Assembly: GCA_045586685.1 (NCBI GenBank) | Contig: JAZNAU010000008.1 | Location: forward strand, 1-20,419 | Direction: 5' to 3' | Length of the DNA: 20,419 nt | Source: Clostridia bacterium | GTDB taxonomy: Bacteria > Bacillota > Clostridia > HGM11514 | Shown: positions 17,215 to 20,419 of the stretch, piece after piece | Layout: every line of letters starts with the position of its first letter | Numbering within the stretch: position 1 is the first letter of the stretch | Made by a program: the position numbers and the translations under genes | The notes under the pieces: generated by a model | What the model was told of the DNA's origin: nothing | Databases searched by the model: none | Seen by the model: the letters and a program-made list of their open reading frames with translations, nothing else

Positions 17215-18651
17215 TCAATATGCTTTTGCCCAATAAACCATATGCTTTGCGGGTTTTCCGCAGCAAACACATGTTTCGCTCAACTGTTCTTCGTCAAAGG
17301 GAATACAACGGGAAGATGCCGTTGTTTGTTCCTTGATTTTATCTTCGCAATCTTTTTCGCCACACCACATTGCTTTGACAAAACCACCTTTATTTGCGAT
17401 TGTGTCAGCAAATTGCTGGAAGCTTGCAACGGACGTGGTTTTTTCTTCTAAATTTTTCTTTGCGTTGTTGTACAGAGTGTTCTGAATGTCTTCCAGTACT
17501 TCTGCAACCTTTGTTTCCAGTTCATCCAAAGAAACAAAGATTTTTTCACGGTTGTCACGTCTTACCAACACAGCAGTATTGTTTTCCAAATCTCTGGGGC
17601 CGATTTCCAGACGCAGAGGAACACCCTTCATTTCATATTCGCTGAATTTCCAGCCGGGCATCTTATCAGAAAGATCCATTTTTGCACGAAATTTCTGAGA
17701 CAGAGTATTGTAAATCTCTGTTGCCTTTTCCGTAACACCGGGCTTATGCTGTGCAATGGGGATAATCATCAGCTGTGTAGGTGCAATTCTGGGAGGCAGT
17801 ATTAGACCGCTGTCATCTCCGTGAACCATAATGATTGCGCCAATCATACGGGTAGAAACACCCCAAGAGGTTTCGTGAACATATTGGAGTTGATTATTCT
17901 GGTCAGTGTATTGAATATTAAATGCCTTGGCAAATCCGTCCCCGAAATTGTGAGTGGTACCTGATTGCAATGCCTTTCCGTCGTGCATCAGACTTTCAAT
18001 GGTGTAAGTCGCCTCGGCACCTGCAAACTTTTCTTTTTCCGTTTTCTGTCCCTTAACAACAGGGATTGCCAGTGTGTTTTCAAAGAAATCAGCATAAACA
18101 TCCAGCATCCGAAGGGTTTCTTCCTGTGCCTCTTGGGCGGTAGCATGAACAGTGTGACCTTCCTGCCATAAAAATTCTGCTGAACGCAAGAAAGGACGGG
18201 TGGTCTTTTCCCACCGTACTACAGAGCACCACTGATTGTAAAGCTTGGGTAAATCACGATAGGAGTTGACAATTTTTGCGTAGTGGTCACAAAAGAGGGT
18301 TTCGGAGGTAGGGCGAACACAAAGGCGTTCTGCCAACTGCTCACTTCCCCCGTGGGTGACCCATGCAACCTCAGGTGCGAAGCCCTCTACATGGTCCTTT
18401 TCCTTTTGCAACAGACTTTCAGGGATGAACATAGGCATGTAAACATTTTCGTGTCCTGTTGCCTTGAACATACCGTCCAGCACTTTTTGAATATTTTCCC
18501 ATAAAGCATATCCGTAAGGACGGATAATCATACAACCTTTGACAGATGAATAATCCATCAGGTCTGCTTTTTTAACAATATCGGTGTACCATTTTGCGAA
18601 GTCTACATCACGGGATGTAATTTCTTCTACAAATTTTTTCTGTTCTGCCAT
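17215..18651 (-). CDS. proS: Proline--tRNA ligase, archaeal/eukaryote-like type
   Basis: [51 protein letters not shown]-terminal Zn domain ending KAY. Start moved to ATG 18651 after AAGGAG (478 aa). Confidence 0.97.
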   Translation of the reverse strand: MAEQKKFVEEITSRDVDFAKWYTDIVKKADLMDYSSVKGCMIIRPYGYALWENIQKVLDGMFKATGHENVYMPMFIPESLLQKEKDHVEGFAPEVAWVTHGGSEQLAERLCVRPTSETLFCDHYAKIVNSYRDLPKLYNQWCSVVRWEKTTRPFLRSAEFLWQEGHTVHATAQEAQEETLRMLDVYADFFENTLAIPVVKGQKTEKEKFAGAEATYTIESLMHDGKALQSGTTHNFGDGFAKAFNIQYTDQNNQLQYVHETSWGVSTRMIGAIIMVHGDDSGLILPPRIAPTQLMIIPIAQHKPGVTEKATEIYNTLSQKFRAKMDLSDKMPGWKFSEYEMKGVPLRLEIGPRDLENNTAVLVRRDNREKIFVSLDELETKVAEVLEDIQNTLYNNAKKNLEEKTTSVASFQQFADTIANKGGFVKAMWCGEKDCEDKIKEQTTASSRCIPFDEEQLSETCVCCGKPAKHMVYWAKAY

Positions 18652-18694
18652 AAATTTAAACACTCCTTGTATAAGCAAAAATACTACTTATTAT

Positions 18695-18723
18695 ATCATA
18701 AAACAAAACGGCAGAAATGTCAA
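18695..18723 (-). promoter_or_regulatory. Sigma-A promoter for proS-bactofilin
   Basis: Minus strand TTGACA (18723-18718), 17 nt, TATGAT (18700-18695). Confidence 0.7.
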
Positions 18724-18729
18724 GGAGTT

Positions 18730-19374
18730 TTACGCAAAAAAGTCCTCAGGATTCAAGGATTTGTTGTTTTTCCACACTTCAAAGTGAAGGTGTGTACCTT
18801 CTGCTGCCTCGGAAGGAGATGCTGTACCGGTAAGTCCAAGAATATCGCCTGTTACCACATTCTGATTCAATGTTACATAGGTTTCCTCCATGCCGTAGTA
18901 TCTTGTCTGTAAACCGCCGGGGTGGTCAATGATAACGCAAGAACCCAACAGTCCGTCTTTTTTTATCTCAGTTATAACTCCCATAGCCGCTGCCTTTACT
19001 TCGGTCTGAGGACCACTGATGTCGATTCCACAATGGATGCTCCAGTCACCTGTGGTTTTTGAGTAGCTCAGTTTTTCTGTGGAATGTGTCTTTGTAATTG
19101 TTCCCTCGGTAGGAATAATCAGGCTTGTTACCGCCTGGGGTGAAGGGGTTGGAGTAGGCTCTGGAGTGGGAGTTGACGAAGGGACGGTGGTAGGGGTAGA
19201 ACGAACAACGGGTACCATTCCTTTGCTTTCGCTTTTCTCAGGTGTAGGTTGTTGGACTGTTTCTACCTGATAATTCGTGGAATAGCGGGTTAACAAAAAG
19301 GAAGAAAAGAACATGACAATAAAGGCAAGCGCCAATAACAGAAAAAAGGATTTTGATGATGACATCTTTTTCAT
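18730..19374 (-). CDS. Membrane-anchored M23 metallopeptidase, clostridial SpoIIQ-like
   Basis: N-terminal TM, Pro/Thr linker, M23 domain with HCGID (HxxxD) and HLHFE (HxH); 'YSKT..DW..H.GIDI' resembles clostridial SpoIIQ. Start moved to ATG 19374 after GAGGAG (214 aa). Confidence 0.85.
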   Translation of the reverse strand: MKKMSSSKSFFLLLALAFIVMFFSSFLLTRYSTNYQVETVQQPTPEKSESKGMVPVVRSTPTTVPSSTPTPEPTPTPSPQAVTSLIIPTEGTITKTHSTEKLSYSKTTGDWSIHCGIDISGPQTEVKAAAMGVITEIKKDGLLGSCVIIDHPGGLQTRYYGMEETYVTLNQNVVTGDILGLTGTASPSEAAEGTHLHFEVWKNNKSLNPEDFFA

Positions 19375-19435
19375 AGAATCACTCCTCAATATCAATTTAC
19401 TGTTATTGATTTCCAAATAAAAAGAAAATATTCCC

Positions 19436-19477
19436 AAAAAAAGGGGGTGTAGCAAAAAGGATTGTTTTACTACACCC
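19436..19477 (-). terminator. Intrinsic terminator after rnhA
   Basis: Minus strand gggtgtagtaaaa...ttttgctacaccc followed by cc and a T7 tract. Confidence 0.75.
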
Positions 19478-19483
19478 GATATG

Positions 19484-20089
19484 TTATTTTTCAATGCCAA
19501 GTGCTGTCTTCGCAAGTTCGTCAGCCAGTTCGTTATAATGATTTCCTGTATGTGCGGTTACTTTGACGAAGGTGACAGATAGCTTGTCTTTGACAGAATC
19601 ATAAAATTCTTTATAAAGCTTTGTTCCTTCCCGCTCTGTTTTCCATTCTCCTCGGCACCATTTTGAAATTCCTTCATAATCATGATAAATAATCAGTTTT
19701 GGAAAATGATTTTTCACTGCGTATTTCATTGCCATTACAGAAGCGGTAATTTCTCCTGCCACATTCCGCATGGAAACAAGGGTAGGGTGTTCCCCTGCCT
19801 TGTAAAAGGTTTTTTCTTCTCCCTGATAAATTAGTACCATGCCGCTACCGTAACGGTTTGTTCTTGCATCAAAGCTACCGTCCACAAAGGCGCACAAAAC
19901 ATCGGAAGGAATTTCTAAGGTTTCAATCATACTTTCACCCTTGATGTAGCTTTCTGCCTCTTTTCGGGTAGCGAAGGATTTATATTCTGCTCCGCTGAAT
20001 CCCTCAATTTGTTCCTTGCAATCTTCCCAGTTTTCATAAATGCCGATTTGTTTTCCGTTTTTTACAGCATAGTATTTTTTCTTTGCCAT
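19484..20089 (-). CDS. rnhA: Ribonuclease HI with N-terminal hybrid-binding (viroplasmin-like) domain
   Basis: KYYAVK.G...GIY..W..C..Q..GFSGA.YKSF; catalytic FVDGS, RNVAGE, HDYEG, AHTG..YNELAD. Start moved to ATG 20089 after AAGGAG (201 aa). Confidence 0.92.
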   Translation of the reverse strand: MAKKKYYAVKNGKQIGIYENWEDCKEQIEGFSGAEYKSFATRKEAESYIKGESMIETLEIPSDVLCAFVDGSFDARTNRYGSGMVLIYQGEEKTFYKAGEHPTLVSMRNVAGEITASVMAMKYAVKNHFPKLIIYHDYEGISKWCRGEWKTEREGTKLYKEFYDSVKDKLSVTFVKVTAHTGNHYNELADELAKTALGIEK

Positions 20090-20105
20090 GGTAAACTCCT
20101 TACGT

Positions 20106-20417
20106 TTAGTAATATGCCGCCAATGCAAGCAAAGGCTTGTTTTTTTGATACAGCTCCTCTAATTGAGAAAAGGGGAGAGGGTTATGTCCCAAACCTGCTT
20201 CTATAGTAAATGCCGGTTTTTGAAATTCCTGAATAAACCAATCCTTATAGCCTCCGTGAGAGGCAATTTTTGGGGGCGATGCCAATTTGTAGCCGGAAAC
20301 AGATGCAAATGCTTTTGCTAAAGTAGAAGAACGTCTGGGATGGTATTCGCCGTATTGATAGTAAATTTCTTCGCCCTGCGTATGATAACAGATTGCTAAA
20401 TCAAATTGCTCGCGACG
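20106..20417 (-). CDS. C-terminal part of an M14-family zinc peptidase (gamma-D-glutamyl-meso-diaminopimelate peptidase-like); 5' end outside the window
   Basis: Manual translation ...FDLAICYHTQGEEIYY...ASVSGY...SHGGYKDWFIQEF..PAFTIEAGLGHNPLP...AAYY*; motifs HTQGE, GYKDWF and TIE.G.G.NPLP. Not in the supplied ORF track. Confidence 0.85.
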   Translation of the reverse strand, partial: RREQFDLAICYHTQGEEIYYQYGEYHPRRSSTLAKAFASVSGYKLASPPKIASHGGYKDWFIQEFQKPAFTIEAGLGHNPLPFSQLEELYQKNKPLLALAAYY

Positions 20418-20419
20418 GG

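Noticed and set aside
15823-18651. Family I ppa and archaeal/eukaryote-type proS as recent horizontal acquisitions
   Set aside because: Both types are common in Clostridia, and no mobility signals flank them.
18652-18729. Possible T-box leader upstream of proS
   Set aside because: The promoter is only about 45 nt from the start codon, leaving no room, and no T-box sequence is visible.
19130-19200. Short repeated units (ggggt/ggagt) in the M23 gene
   Set aside because: They encode an ordinary Pro/Thr linker (PTPTPEPTPTPSP), not a DNA repeat array.
19400-19435. Possible sigma-F promoter (GAATA...GGAAATCAATA on the minus strand)
   Set aside because: Spacing is about 13 nt, shorter than expected; too weak to call by eye.
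19375-19515. 47-aa N-terminal extension of the M23 ORF in the track
   Set aside because: Overlaps rnhA and crosses its terminator; a good RBS precedes ATG 19374.
19940-20089. Viroplasmin-like domain as a sign of viral or mobile DNA
   Set aside because: It is the normal hybrid-binding domain of many Bacillota RNase HI enzymes.

Overview
Core chromosomal segment of an AT-rich Bacillota (Clostridia-like; inferred from gene content, GGAGG-type ribosome-binding sites and consensus sigma-A promoters). Left to right: GH28-like beta-helix protein, DUF975-like membrane protein and CapA-family lipoprotein (all -); smc-ftsY (+); a - strand block zapA / U32-family (RlhA-like) / tyrA / maf / unannotated 29-aa ORF / minD / mgsA-like; an S11 D,D-carboxypeptidase homologue, family I ppa and an SCP2-domain protein (+); then a - strand block of a partial M14 peptidase / rnhA / M23 (SpoIIQ-like) / proS / bactofilin. 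I saw no mobile element, CRISPR array, rRNA or tRNA. Most notable: (1) the usual maf-radC-mreBCD-pbp2-minCDE cluster is collapsed to maf-minD, and the gap holds a 29-aa ORF resembling the N-terminal membrane anchor of PBP2; (2) the S11 homologue has all three catalytic motifs altered and a long Arg-rich cytoplasmic tail; (3) MgsA lacks its catalytic residues; (4) a U32 hydroxylase-family gene (a family that uses prephenate) abuts prephenate dehydrogenase. All family calls come from motif recognition by eye; no database search was run.
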